From assembly GCF_902652985.1 (NCBI RefSeq), contig NC_047015.1, positions 13,082,001-13,146,000 on the forward strand: a DNA stretch of 64,000 bases. The letters are read 5' to 3'. Below, piece by piece: positions 15,772-30,000 of this stretch (positions within the stretch are counted from its first letter, which is position 1; every line of letters begins with the position of its first letter). The DNA comes from Pecten maximus (Eukaryota). The notes beneath the pieces are model-generated. The model saw only the letters and a list, made by a program, of their open reading frames with translations, did no database searches and was not told the DNA's origin. The position numbers and the translations under genes were made by a program.

Positions 15772-17650
15772 TCTACAACATAAAAGAAAAGATAATTACT
15801 ATAGATCTGTGTCCATGTCCATTTTCATCATTTACCTCTCATTTTGTTTCTACTACAAAGAACATTTCAATTAAACAAAAAAACTCCAAATATTTCTACA
15901 AAAGTTGTCAGAAGACAGAAAAGCTTGCAGTGTAGGTTGAAATTGGGAAATAGTTTTCACAAAAAACTTGCATGTCAAATATGAAAGCCCCATCTCATAC
16001 AGTTAACATACTGTGACCCAAGATTATAGTTTTTATAAAGCTAGGTCAAAGGTCAAGGTCAGCATATGCAGTTCTTGTCACAAAAAATTCACATGTAAAT
16101 ACCTAAACTATATCCTCATCAGTATTGACACACACCGTTATAAAAACTTTAATCTAGCTGTCTATGGCTGACACCGGAGGTTTAGCATTATCCTGTCCTT
16201 GCGAGTTAAAAGATGATATTTAAACAAAGTTTTTTCTGCTTCTGGCACCTTTTAAGGTACAATTTAATTATTTTACAATAGTCAATGACTGAAGTCATTT
16301 CAAAACAGGAGTATTGAGAGATTCAATGATTTATTTACACATTTCATGGTTAACAATTGCTTTTGGCTATACCAATTAAAACTTGGAAATTTAATATTGT
16401 TACCCATGTTTGCCTTTTTATCCTCAGTTGTTTATAGCTATCTCCGATAAAATGCTCTATTCCTTTAGCTTGATTTAGCATATTTTTCAAACAAAGCAGG
16501 GTACCATGATATTGGTGTTTGATCTCTTGCAAGGCCAGCCTTTGTTATGGTGAAAATAATGCTTTTGTTCTTAAGCTTGCAGTAATCAAGATTCAAGAAA
16601 TTGTATTTACTTGGCTATTCCAGTTATCCATAGGCATGATAGCCTTACTGATATAGTAGTAGGGGCTAATATTTTGTTCCTAAAAATACTAACCAGATGG
16701 AGATGTCTGTACATTAGTGCATTGCCAACAATTGGGAGAGACAAAGGTGTCTGGAACTTGCAAGCTTTAGAGATACATGGGTGGAAGTTTCCGATTCTTT
16801 AAATACTGAAATAGCTGATTTTGACAAAATTTAACACTTCTCTTCAGTTTTTTATTGGGGGGGTATTTTCACAATACCTTGTTCATTATCAAGACTGAAA
16901 ACTTTCACCCATGGATATTGCATGAGGGGATACTTGCATTGCCTCGATAAAGTGACTACCAATTGGCAACATGCATGGTATGTGCAAATACAGACGCAAC
17001 ATTGTAACACAGCAATTACAAAAAAAAATGGTATATGGATTGTTATATTAATTCGTGTTGATGGAACGTTATCAAACTCCTGTACTTGTATCTTCTAGCT
17101 GGAGGTGTATATTTATGCAAGTTTTCAAGAGATGGGCCAGTCCGACAGTCGAGGTGTTTTCTGATCGACTTGTTCCTGGCCCACTAAACATCTGCATTTC
17201 TAGCCATTGATATTTCCGCGGATAATCATATAATTGTGTAAATATGCTCGTCGAAGAAGTCATGTTTTTAACCATGTCAGTAAAGACACCAATCGAAAAA
17301 TCTAACCGGTACACCCTCCCCTTCCCAGAAAAAAACCCAATGAAAATACAGCTAATTGCTACTAAATCACACACAAATCATTATCATTTTACCGACCCCG
17401 TTATACCCGTGATATTATAGTAAAACAAAAAGTTCCGTCTGTAAATTAATTGTAAACATCTTTCACATGGAAGGTAGGGTCGATTCGAACTGATTTCAAT
17501 ACCTAAATAGGGAATAAATTTTAATAATACGCATATCATCGGATAATATGTGATCGCATTTATAACTAGCAGAGAAAAAGTAACCCTGTTACATTTATAA
17601 TAGCCCGATGTGATAGGATTTGTTTCTCAGATCAGTTTTTCATTTCTAAC

Positions 17651-17720
17651 CTCAAGTGAGCGAGATGTAAAAGACTTCCGGTGAGATTTCATCGTGACAT
17701 CTCGAGATTTGACTACGGAT
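17651..17720. promoter_or_regulatory. Shared RPS14/ZSWIM8 promoter core with RPS14 TCT/5'TOP-type start and first exon
   Basis: Minus strand reads CCGGAAGT-CTTTTACATCTCGCTCACTTGAG|GTTAGA: ETS/GABP site (17674-17681), pyrimidine-rich start near 17673, donor at 17650. Palindrome ATCTCGAGAT at 17699-17708, GACTAC at 17711-17716, and local CpG enrichment. Confidence 0.7.
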
Positions 17721-18027
17721 TATTACGGAAACACACGACCACTCCCGAGTAATTTGTTATTGTTGTGTCGACTGAACACGAAAAGGGGTGACTTGGCACC
17801 CTATTTTTCCACGTTTCAGTCTAAATTAGAGGCAAATGGGTACTCATACAATAATGTAGGTATTTGTGGGGGGTTAACTGTAATATTTTTACACAATATG
17901 ATTGCATCGATTGACTAATCGGTGTCTAACTCCGGGCACTGGTCTCGGAGCAGTCGACACCGAGCAGAAGCCAGGGTTCAGTTTAGACCTGTGCTTGGGT
18001 GTCATTTTCCTGAGCAGTCCTGTCATC

Positions 18028-21000
18028 ATGGATCTCCTTTTTGACTGGGACAATGAGGGGGATAGGTATTCTTTCGAAGACAGTGATCGATTTGAAGAAG
18101 ATTCATTGTGTTCGTGGATAAGCGAGCCAGAAAGTCTTTGTAACAATTGGAGAGGATGGAAAAGACAAAATGGAGGTCAAGCTTCGACAATTGTTAAAAA
18201 CCAGGGTGAGTTGGCCGGAAATTGTAAAGAGATTATTCCCACAAAGGCCTTTGTTTTCTCAAACCTGTACATTTTCTTGCAAATTTTTCAAAAACAGCAA
18301 ATTTATTTATACCATCCAGGCAGTTCCGAAAATAACCTGCATTTGTAATTTGCATATAATATTTATTACAGAATTCACGATGCATTTCCAATACTGATGT
18401 AGGCAGATATTCTGTTACGTGCATCGCCTCAAGTAATATCTGTTAACCTAGGACACAGAAGGTGTGATATCAACTAAACGTATGGAGATAATGCAAATCA
18501 TAGCGCCTATTTGACACTATGACATGCAATACAATCTATTTGGGGATTCTAACTATCAAGCACAGGGTAGCCAAAATCCCATTTTGGGATTTTAACTTAA
18601 ACACTTGGTGCATAAAAGGATAATTACACATTGAAAATGTATTTAAATCTAATTGATGCTAAAGAAATGTTTATTGCCCAGTCAGAAACTGATCAATATT
18701 TCATATTCATATTATATGTAAAGCATTATATTTGAGATTTTTCATCAGACAAAATACTATATTCAATTGGATGTATTATAAGGTCTGACTGATTTTAAGA
18801 GACTGTATTTTATACATAATTATCATAGGGGGAAAGCATCAGAATTGGGCAATTAGAAAATTCTCTGTTCAGCATATAAAATGCATGGTGACAGGTAAAT
18901 TTGCCCTAAATCCTGTTCGCCTTCATTTTATGTTTTTGTCGGGTGGTATATATTTTTGCAGAAATTATTAAGCAAGTTATTAAAATAACAAACTTAATTT
19001 CTTTTCAATATAATTTATAACGGAAAACTGAACGAATTCGAACCTGAAGCCGAAAACGGACATATAGGCCTAATATAAAAAAAAAACAAAAAAACATTGT
19101 AACACATTCAATTTATTTTGATGAATGTTGGTTTTGTGACTAAAAGCGACTAAAATGAAAAGAAAATACCAAACAAGGTTAAGTCATGAAATGTTCGTTT
19201 AGGGCAAAAAAACCCGGATTCACAATGCATTGCTTTTGACTGATTTAACCCATCTTGGGGCTTGGAAATCATCAAATGAGTCTATAAATAAGGAAAATAT
19301 TTTATTGGGGAAGTGTAGAAAAACAGAACAGTGAAATTTATTAATGTCCTGTCTACTGATGTATTACTTGTTAAACATATTATAACAGAAACAAAAGCTG
19401 TTGAACAATTATCAATATATCAAAGGAAATGAGTAAAAGATTATTGTTGACATCTAGACTTAGCCTTATGCTTGCAATTTGGAAAGTGTTGTGTCCCATC
19501 AAAGCCCATTGTCTGAAACCGACAGGACTCTGTTCTTGTTGTTTTCGGGGCAGAGTGGTTAAGGTGTCCCGACACTTAAACACTAGCCCTTCCACCTCTG
19601 GGTTGCGAGTTCGAAACCTACGTGGGGCAGTTGCCAGGTACTGACCGTAGGCCGGTGGTTTTTCTCCGGGTACTCCGGCTTTCCTCCACCTTTAAAACCT
19701 GGCACGTCCTTAAATGACCCTGGCTGTTAATAGGACGTTAAAGAAAACAAACCAAACAAACCAAATCTTGTTGTTTTCAATGACAAGATCAGAGTCTTAA
19801 AGGATTCTGATCCAAAATACATGTACTGCCACTTACCAAGTTGTTATCTTGTGTAGCATATATATACATACCTGCGAACTCCCTTGGAAAGTTTGTTAGA
19901 AGTCTTCTTGATTTATGATTGATTGCTCTACTGCAGCACCTAATATAGAAGTAACACAATAAATAGCTCAATTTATACTATGTTGTGCAACCCATTATTT
20001 GGAAACATATAAACTATCATCACAAAACACATGTGTTCGCTTAGAAATGATGGTGGTCTTTAAAACCAAAAAAACCTGGTGCATATATATGACTAGAATA
20101 ATTATAAATCTCTCATGTTTGTATACAACTGCTCCAATACATTAACATATAATGGACATTGCATTTAGGTAATCAGTCAAACCATCTATTGCAGTTCAGG
20201 TAGAAAGAATACAAAAGTTGTTTCATATACATATCACAGTATGAATAGTTATGCTCTGTTCTTTTGTTTAATGGATTGAGTGTTGGTTCAAGATATAGTA
20301 GCTCACTTAATATATTTACAATCAACAAAAATATCTTTGTTTTAAACTAAATTTAAACTCAATTCTTATTTGCATATACAAATGTATACCTTGGTATACA
20401 AAATGTATACACATGGAAAGTAATAAAACTAACGTATAGGATGCAAGTTATCCTGCATACACGAAAAAATTTGTTTGACTATAAAAAACATAAAAGCAAA
20501 TGATATTTTAACAGAAGTTCATTTTATGATATTATGATTTAGTTACAGAATTACACCAGTTTCTGTTGATATGTATGGAATGAGTATGAATATATAGTAA
20601 TTAATGCATGTACACTAACAGCTTGAAATCTGTATTACTTGACTTGTATAAGTTGCTGTATATTCCAATATCATGATAGTTATTTCACCTCATTATACCC
20701 ACCGCAATGAAGTTAGGGGGGTATACTGGAATCAGGTTGTCCGTCTGTAGACACAACGATGTACCGACTATATAGCTACTCCTCCTAAACTACTGATCCG
20801 ATTTCAACGAAACTTCGTGACAATAATCCTTATACATTGTAGATGTGCGTAATCTATATCACGTCGTAATTTTTTGGTAACCATGGTAACCAGGGCACAA
20901 AACTTAGTTTTTTAGTCTACTCCTCTTATGGTTACCATGGTAACCAGGGCACAGAACTTAGTTTTTTCATGACAATAATCCTTATACATTGTAGGTGTGC

Positions 21001-24000
21001 GTAATCTATATCACATCGTAATTTTTTGTTTACCATGGTAACCAGGGCACAAAACTTAGTTTTTTGGGCGAGTTTGACGCAACGATGTACCGGCTACTTC
21101 TCCTAAACTGCTTATCTGATTTCAACGAGACTTCATGACAATAATCCTTATACATTGTAGATGTGCGTAATCTATATCACATCGTAATTTTTTTAATAAA
21201 TCCCATTCACACTTTACCTTTCTCATAACCTTTTTAATTTTTTCTTTGTTATAAAATTGATCAATTGAAAAGATTTTCTCATGTGAAATCGTTTCATAAT
21301 GTCATGTATAACAATTTACTCATAATATAGATAAAAAAAGAATAAGGGTAACCAAGAAAACTGAATACGACTAAGTGAGATTTAACTGTATATCTCGTTT
21401 ATTGTATAAATGAACACATAGTAACGATAGGGGTTGCAGGAGCGGGGGGTATGAGTTGGCCCTCTGGACCACAGTTCTAGTTTCTGTATATTCCAATATG
21501 ATATTTATTTCAACTCATTACAATGTGTACATAGAATACTGCAGGTAGCTTCAGGCCAAGTCATTCAATTAAAATAAGGCTGGTTGGAAATCTCAAGACA
21601 AATTCAAATTTTAAAGCATATATATACAATTTTAGCAGAAGAAATGCTTTATACACATGCAATTAAATAACTGTATATATACATACTTTCCAGTTATATA
21701 ATTTACCAGAAACATCTAATTAGTAAAAATGAGCCACATATGAAGGTTGTTTTTTACTTTGGTTACAGCATGCATGTAATTGACAGAAATTAAAAGAAAA
21801 TTACATGGTATATTCGACCAAGTACATGTAATTGTTTTTTAACTTTTTTTTCAAATTTCATTATATGATTAATTGGAATTGGTTGTGTGATAATAAAAAG
21901 GAAGTCAGTCATAAAGAAGCAAGATACACTGTCAGTTTTGACATATCGTTTTGGGTGTTTATTAGAACACTAGTGATATCGATTATATTCATGACTGGTA
22001 CAAATTTATTTACTTTGACAACCCTAGACACCAAGTTGACTAACATTGAGCACATGTGCAAAAGGGTTGAAAACAGGACACAAATAACGGCATCTTCATC
22101 TGGGCAAACAGATGGTGAGTCATTGTGTACATGTGGTATCCCTGGATGATGTAGCTCATCATCTGACTTCATTCTCTTTCTAGTATATATATACATACTT
22201 AGCCTCAAGCTAGCAGATTTTTTTTCGTGTAGACAATAAAAGTATTTTCATTGCTGAAAAATTCTGTTTGATGCTACTGATCATGACATGTATGTGCCAT
22301 TGGGATCAATTTGCACATGTATAGCTGGTACATTTTCTACAAGTGGGCACATTCCATGTTTATCACATATCTCATGTAGACTATATAGCTAGTCAGCCAT
22401 ATATTAGGGTCTATTAGGACACTGACCTTTCCGCCCCATATCACATGACTTGTAATTGTACATCATGTGTGTGTCTACTGTATAGCCAGATTGTAAATCC
22501 ATGATATCTTAAAAGGAAAGAACAAAATACTGGTAATATAGTTATAGTAATAAAGTGAAAGTGAAACATCATTTATCTATTGTTATATTGAAAACATTTC
22601 TATCAAACAAATATCTGGAGATATAACAATTACCAATTAGGCAATTATTGGTTTGATTTGTGTGTCATTATCAGGTTAATTGTCTTTTATTAGGGTAGAG
22701 GGAAATTTAGATCAGGACTTTTTTTCACTTGTTGGTATTTTATGGGGTTATTTTTGTCAATGTCAACCATATCTTTTAAAATTTGGTTGTTTGTCAATGA
22801 TTTAGAGTTAAGATTATTGATAATTAATTTCTTCACTTTTTTTTGGGGGGGGGGGGGGGATATAGAAGCAAAATGTTATCCACGACATTAAATTATAAAA
22901 AGCTTACTGTTATACACTGTACAAGGATATATGTCCGGAAGTGTGTTTGTGTGTCAGATTGTGTTGTGGTACTGTGTGGCAAGTGTATAAGTTTTCAAAA
23001 GACGACATGATGTGAATAGACTGTTATCATCATACCCCAGTTATAGTGTTCATGCTTGATTACACTGTTATAAGAGCAAGGGCCCTCGAAAAAAGGAAGC
23101 TGCAGTTAAACATTATCTGTCCATACAGAAACATAAGAATGATTAACTTGTCTGAGGTATCTATGGTGAAGAACTATCAACCAATATGTTTGACCCATTT
23201 TTAAGATCACAAGCTCAAGTGTGTTAAATGTTTTCAAAAAAGTTCTTCTCTATAACTCATTAGAAGTCTATGGATATGTGATATTTCCCAGTATCATGCT
23301 TGGAAGGACTATAAATTTTGTTCAAATGTATTTATATCATTAAGCAAATTCTCAATAACCATAAATCAGCACAAAAGTCAATCATGTTTTGGTAGTGAAG
23401 ATGGAAAATTAACAGTAAGATTAATAAATCTAAATTGCAATGTGTGTGATTGCTTAGTGCTGCAGGTACATTGAATTAACCATACTATATAAAATTCTTT
23501 ATACCAATTTAGAATCTGATGGGCCAGTCAAGCCTCTGGTGGAGTTGGCAGCCATGGCCGTGGCATGCAACATACCATTTGAGGAGGTGGAGATGTTCCC
23601 TCAGCCTATCCCAGAACAGCTTCAACTCAGGATAGCCTTTTGGAGTTTCCCAGAGAATGAAGAGGATATAAGGTATGGCATAGTTACTGGTGATATTTCT
23701 TGTATTGTCGGATACATTGTTCAGTTAAATAAAGATCACTTGTCTTTAATATATAACATGGCTATGGGACACTGATGGCGAAATGTCGCCACACTGATGG
23801 AAAAGTAAGGTAAAATCATGATTGGTTCGATGAAAAATACAGAAATCAGTATAAAATTTTGAACATTCAGTCTAATGGTTGTTCAGTGTAGTATCTTTGT
23901 CATGGCCATGGTGGCCAGACCAAATGACCAGTAATTGTAAAATGTATAGAAATTTGGGACCACTTGATTAAGTTAAGCTTTCCTGAACAGCAGTGTTTGA

Positions 24001-27000
24001 ATTGAAAGTTCTTCATACATTTCTAGGTTTTAGGTCATCTGACCCGACCTATAGCCATGCGCCGTGCATAAACTTTTCACATTTCAAATTCTCAAGTCCT
24101 ATTAGTGGGACAAAGCTCTAACATGCCTGAAATGATCCTGAGATAGTCCTGACCATGTTTTGTTATTTTTCGGGTCAGTCTGAAATCCAAAATGGCCTTG
24201 GTCACCATCATGAAAAACACATTATAAACTTATTCTCCAGTTCCACTGGTGCCAGCAAACTGGAAATTGATGGAGATTAAGGGTAGGGATAACCGGAGCC
24301 AACAAGGTGTTGCTATTTTTAGATCGCGTAAAAACTTTGACATGGCAGCCATGGCAGACATTTTGTAACATAATTCGTCTTATAGTATCAGAAGGTCGTA
24401 AGTGTCACTTCCAAATATTCAAAAATTATTCAGGAGGAAAAAAAAAAATCCTTTTTCGCAATAGTAACTCCTAGAGTTGTAAAATTGAGAGACATGATGC
24501 ATATTTTATTGCTCTTTTGTTTTATAATAGTTCAAATGTGACAATATGAAAATTGCAAAACAATCAAATGAAGATCTAAAAAGTAAACAACCTTCTGATA
24601 TCGACGGAATAGTTGTCTTCTAGGAAACAAAAGGTCGTAAGATTAAATTTGTCTATATAAAAATATACCACATTTTCGGAATTAGGTCGTAAGTGTAATA
24701 GAAAGTTATAGTAATATTTCCTCTTAAATCTAATAAACATTTAAAAAAAAAAAGAAAAATAGCAATTTAAATGTTTTTATGGGAGGCGTGCTTCACATTT
24801 AGCATTAGCTGTATTCGCTTTCTTTGTGGAACCGATCATTTATAAAGAAATATATCCACATAGGCACACAAGTACTTGGTTAGTACTGGGCCTAGTATCC
24901 AGTTGACAGACAATCAAATATTTTATGTTTATCTGATTGTAAGTAGAAACTAACAACATGCCTGAATGAAAAAATAAATGAATGATAAAATGTTTTATAG
25001 AAGAGATAATATTTCAACCACCATATAATGTGTTTAGATTTAAAGTAAGTTTGAAGAAGTTATTCATCCCTCTGTATACTTGATAAGGTATACATGTGTG
25101 CTATGGTAGAACTAGAAGTTATATAACACAACCAATATGATATGTAAGAGTGTCACCTTTCAATGACTAAACTTTCACCTTCATCAGACTAATGACCAAT
25201 GTCACACTTAAAAAATATCATATTGATTGTGTTATATAACTTATATTACATAACTCCATTATCATTGAATATTTTTACCGTGTTTCACAGTGCTTGTAGG
25301 TGAAACTGACCCAGATTCAATGTTACAGATAATGTCCAATTTGTTTGAAACAGGAATAAATAATATCTGGCAGAGTGATGGAGGCCTATAGCTAATGGGC
25401 TTATTGTTGGCTATATGAGGTTGTTAATTCAATTTCAGGCTGTACTCTTGCTTAGCTAATGGTAGTGCTGATGAGTTCCAGAAAGGAGAACACCTTTACA
25501 AGTTCAAGGCAGTTAAAGAGGCTCTACAGATTGGTAAGAAATTCATGTTATACGAATCAAATCAATTAAGTTCAAGTTCAAGTTCAAGGTTTCACCTTAA
25601 ACTGAAATAATACAAAACTTAAGGGGATTCATTGACACGTTTATGGAAATGATGCTGATATTGCTGTTAATAGGAAGTGTTTTGGAGTATTCATACCCAA
25701 CCCCCAACCCCCTCTACATACACACCTTGTAAAGGTGGGGTATGATTAAAATTGCTTCTATGCACTGAAGTGTATCTGTAGCAAAAATGTTGTGTACAAG
25801 TTTCATGAACACCACAACAGATTTGGTTCATTTACTCTAGAGTATCATCATTTGAAGTCCTCTTACTAGATTAGATATTTGTGGTCATATTTCAATATTG
25901 AAGGTTAAAATGTCATAGCTTTTGAAATAGACATTCTGTGTTCAAGACATTTTATGATTTAGTCCATGTCTATTCACACCAAAGTGTTTGAAAGGCAAAT
26001 TCATACTTGATCTCTCCTGAAATAAAAAGATATATCTTGTGAAAACCTCAACAAATATCATTCATCCAGTCAAATTGAAATACTTTAGGTAAGGGTCTTA
26101 TATAGGGTACAAGCATTTCAAAAACAATATAGCTTACCCATCCTTATATCCACTCAACTTAGATCAAAATAAAATGAGAAGCTACCTGACTACAAGTAAA
26201 TGTCAGGCGGTCAAAGATCAAGGTCATATATTTTATGTTTTCAATGATAAATGAAATAGTCTTAGAATAATTTATTGAAAAGTTATAGTGACCAGAGTCC
26301 AGAGATAAAGGACATGCATCAAAAATACACCAATAGTTAATGCCATAATTGAAAAATATTATTTGATGAACAACATATTTATTTTCAGCTGATAATAAAG
26401 GACATGCTTTTGCTAATTTTAGGTTAATTATTAAGAGTATCACTAACAAATGGATAAGATCAATCTGAGCCACCTGTGTTCTCACTAAGTTTTCAGACAG
26501 GTGGTAGATATATATGTTATATAATTGTTTTTGTATCTAATTTTGTATTTCAGGTTTCCATCTGAGTGCAACTGTCATCCCACCACAGGGTATAGTGCAG
26601 GCTAAGGGTAACTTCAATGTGGCTGTTGTGTTTGACAGACGACGGATATCTTCTTGCACCTGTACTTGTAACAGCATGGCTTCCTGGTGTTCCCATGTAG
26701 TTGCACTGTGTTTATATAGAATTCATCAGGTACGTGGTGAAATTACATATTCTTGCTAATGAATTCAGTGTTCCGATCATACTATTGAATTTTGTTAAAG
26801 ATTAACAACAACACCCTTTCCTTCCACCAATGAAGTTGATTAAAGGTATATATTAATGACTTTGTTAATCAAGACATTCAGACAATATTGAGTGTATTAT
26901 TTTTGAATTGCATAAAAGTTTAGTCACTTGGTCCTATCATGGAAGTGGTCAAGGTCATCACGACACCCATGTACATAAAAACAATTATTCAGCAAGATGT

Positions 27001-30000
27001 GATAAAAAATTATAACGACATAAGGGGCCAGTCCAATAGAGGTACATGTACATGAATACAAGACTATTTTTTGTAGCTCTATGTATACAAATTTATTGCA
27101 GTTTTTCAATTTTCAGATTTTTATTATTAAAAAAATGAATAAAAATGTGTGAAGTATTTTACTTTTTTTTCTGTCTTTGTAGTGCAATGCTGTTTGTCTA
27201 AGGGCCCCTGTATCTGAATCCTTGTCAAGACTACACAGAGACCAACTGCAGAAATTTGCTCAATATCTTATTAGTGAACTGCCACAACAGGTAAATATTT
27301 CTTCCTTTAAAATAATTGTTGTAAACCTGAAAATGTGTGAATTTAAGATGAAAATTAAAAAAAAATATATAATGTGTTCTTCATATGAACTATCCATAGC
27401 TAGAAAGTACATATATCATAAATACTTCATAGATCTTAGTATGAAGGATTTGAAGAATACTTTAATATAGAAAGTGATAACCTTTTATTATAAAAAGAGC
27501 TTGTAAAATTGTTCATGTTTCCTTGTAGGCCACACATTTACATTTTCATATACCATGAATGATTTCCGATATAATAATTGATATAAATTTAAACATGTAA
27601 CAAGGTTGGTACTGTTATACATCTGATATAGAAATGTACTTGTTTGCCTTCAGATATTACCAACTGCCCAGAGACTGCTGGATGAATTGTTGTCGTCTCA
27701 GGAAACTGCTATTAACACTGTCTGTGGTGCTCCAGGTAACATTCACTTCGGTCCAGTAGTGGTTATTGACTTAAAGTGTTGAGCTACTTTCAAATTTGTT
27801 TACAAAATGCATGTTAGTTTTATATATGTAATTTTTGTGTAATATTTTGAGTAACTTTTTGTGAATGCTTTTCAGATCCTACTGCAGGACCATCTGCCAA
27901 TGAACAGACATCTTGGTGTTTGGATGAGAACACTCTACATGAAAATATCAAGAAAACACTTGTAAAATTCTGTGTCCCATCTCCCATAGTTTTCAGGTTA
28001 GTAGTCTCTTCTTTTTTTATTCCATCAATTTATAATTAGAAATATGGTAGAGGTTTAAGCTTAACATAAGATTGCCAGCTGGCTTTTTCAAATATTTGAT
28101 GCTGTTAGCACATAATTTATATTGCAGTGATGTCAACTATCTATCGGCCACTGCGCCACCAGCAGCAGCTGAGTGGCAGAGTCTACTGAGACCTCTAAGG
28201 GGAAGAGAACCAGAGGGCATGTGGAATCTGCTCTCGATTGTCAGAGAAATGTTCAGGAGGAATGATAGCAATGCCATTCCTCTACTTGAAATCATCACGG
28301 ACGAAGTGTTACAATGTGAACAGGTAAAATTATTTAGATTTTCACTTTTATTAGAAAATAAAGATCTTGTTTTCAGTCGTTACATAACTGCAACTTAATC
28401 TTTCTGATGGCTATGAAATATGTGATTGCAAAATAACACTTTTGTCTATATGATGTGTATATAGAGTCTCAAAGTTATATTAGAAAACTTTGTGTATAGA
28501 AAGATAAACATTGTTTGACATGTTGATATACTTAATTGAGTGTCTTTGTAGATCCTGATCTGGTGGTTCACCACTAAGACAACGGCCAACAATAACAACA
28601 TGTGTCGAGGAAATGGAAGTGGTGGAGCCAACATTACCCAGCATGCTGCAGCCAGTTTGTGTGAGGAAATAGTGACACTTTGGAGATTAGCTGCCCTCAA
28701 TCCCAAATTATCTCCAGTTCAACGGAATGACCTTAGTGTTAAGTTCAAAGAGTGGCATTTGTCTACTGTGGAGAAAGTAAGGAAAGCCAGAGGTGTCAGT
28801 ATCAATAACACAGGCAATGGCCTCAAGAAAAATGAAATAGAAAACTTCATTGGATTCAAGCCTGGTATAGAGGCATGTAGTCTAGCTTGGGATGACTATC
28901 CAATACCTGGTGTGACATACTCAGAAAAGGATGGTTCTTGTTTCAAATACAGGTTCAACAAGTCCCATGACAGCGATAAGAAGCCATCAAGGATTCAGCC
29001 AGTCACCGTTTGTTCAGAAAGTATTATCAGCACAGACAATACAACTACACTTGCTCAAGCACAAAACATGTTACAGGAGCAACATCAAAATGCTCAGGAC
29101 TTAGCAAACTACAACAGTAGACGACATGGCCATTCTAGTCCCAGAGGTTCCAACACAAATGATGGTGCCATCAGTTCAGGTTCAGAGGGTTTCTGTGAGC
29201 CAGAAAGAAGTAGTTCTATATACAGAGATTCTGACTCGGGATCAGAAATGAAAGAAGTGAATTCCAGAAGTAACTCTATTGATGATCAAGAGGGTTTTCC
29301 TGGTCATGCTTCCCTCCCAAATGGTTTTGGCATAGGAAATAGATCCGAAGGTGCCTCTAATTTCTCAGTATTTTCAACAGACAAGTCTGGAGATGTATTC
29401 CACGCTTGTGACAATGCTCAGGATAATGCTGCTTTTGTTATGCCTCCTTCAGATGCTCAAGTTTCTGGATCTGCAAGGGCTGAACACTCTTCAGAGTCCC
29501 AGCAGTCTGGTGATGAATATCAGGTTTATTTCTGTACTAAAAACAAAACAGCTGATGCGGACAAGCAAAAGAAGGATAAAACAGATGAACCTAATTTCTT
29601 TGCTGGAGTGAAGAATATGGATCAAATGCAAGACGTAAGATTTCCTCTTTAAGAAAATATACAAGAAATATTTGTTTTCTAAAATTTAGTTTTCAGTAGT
29701 AATTTTCATTGCTTTAATTGAAGCAAGAATGTATAATTCCAATAGTCTTACCTGAGGCTTGTATATTTTGAAACAGAGTTAATAAAACTTCTCATGATTT
29801 TTTATGCAAAAAGAAGGCTTGTACTCAAGAATTGAAATAACATTGAGGAAAATTAACTACATGTATTCAAGTATTTTCTAAAAAGAATATTTAAATGGAA
29901 AAGTTGAGGCGAGGAATTACGTTATTCAACTAAATTGTAAAGCAAAATTTCTTACAATTCTTCCTAGATACTGTTTGCAAGAGCAGAAGCCCTGCATGCC

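Noticed and set aside
16059-16121. TGATGA...CTGA pair in RPS14 intron 1
   Set aside because: Lies in a degraded repeat (GGTCAAAGGTCAAGGTCA core); probably chance.
19547-19625. tRNA gene
   Set aside because: A and B boxes are the head of a SINE with a TSD and tail; no complete cloverleaf.
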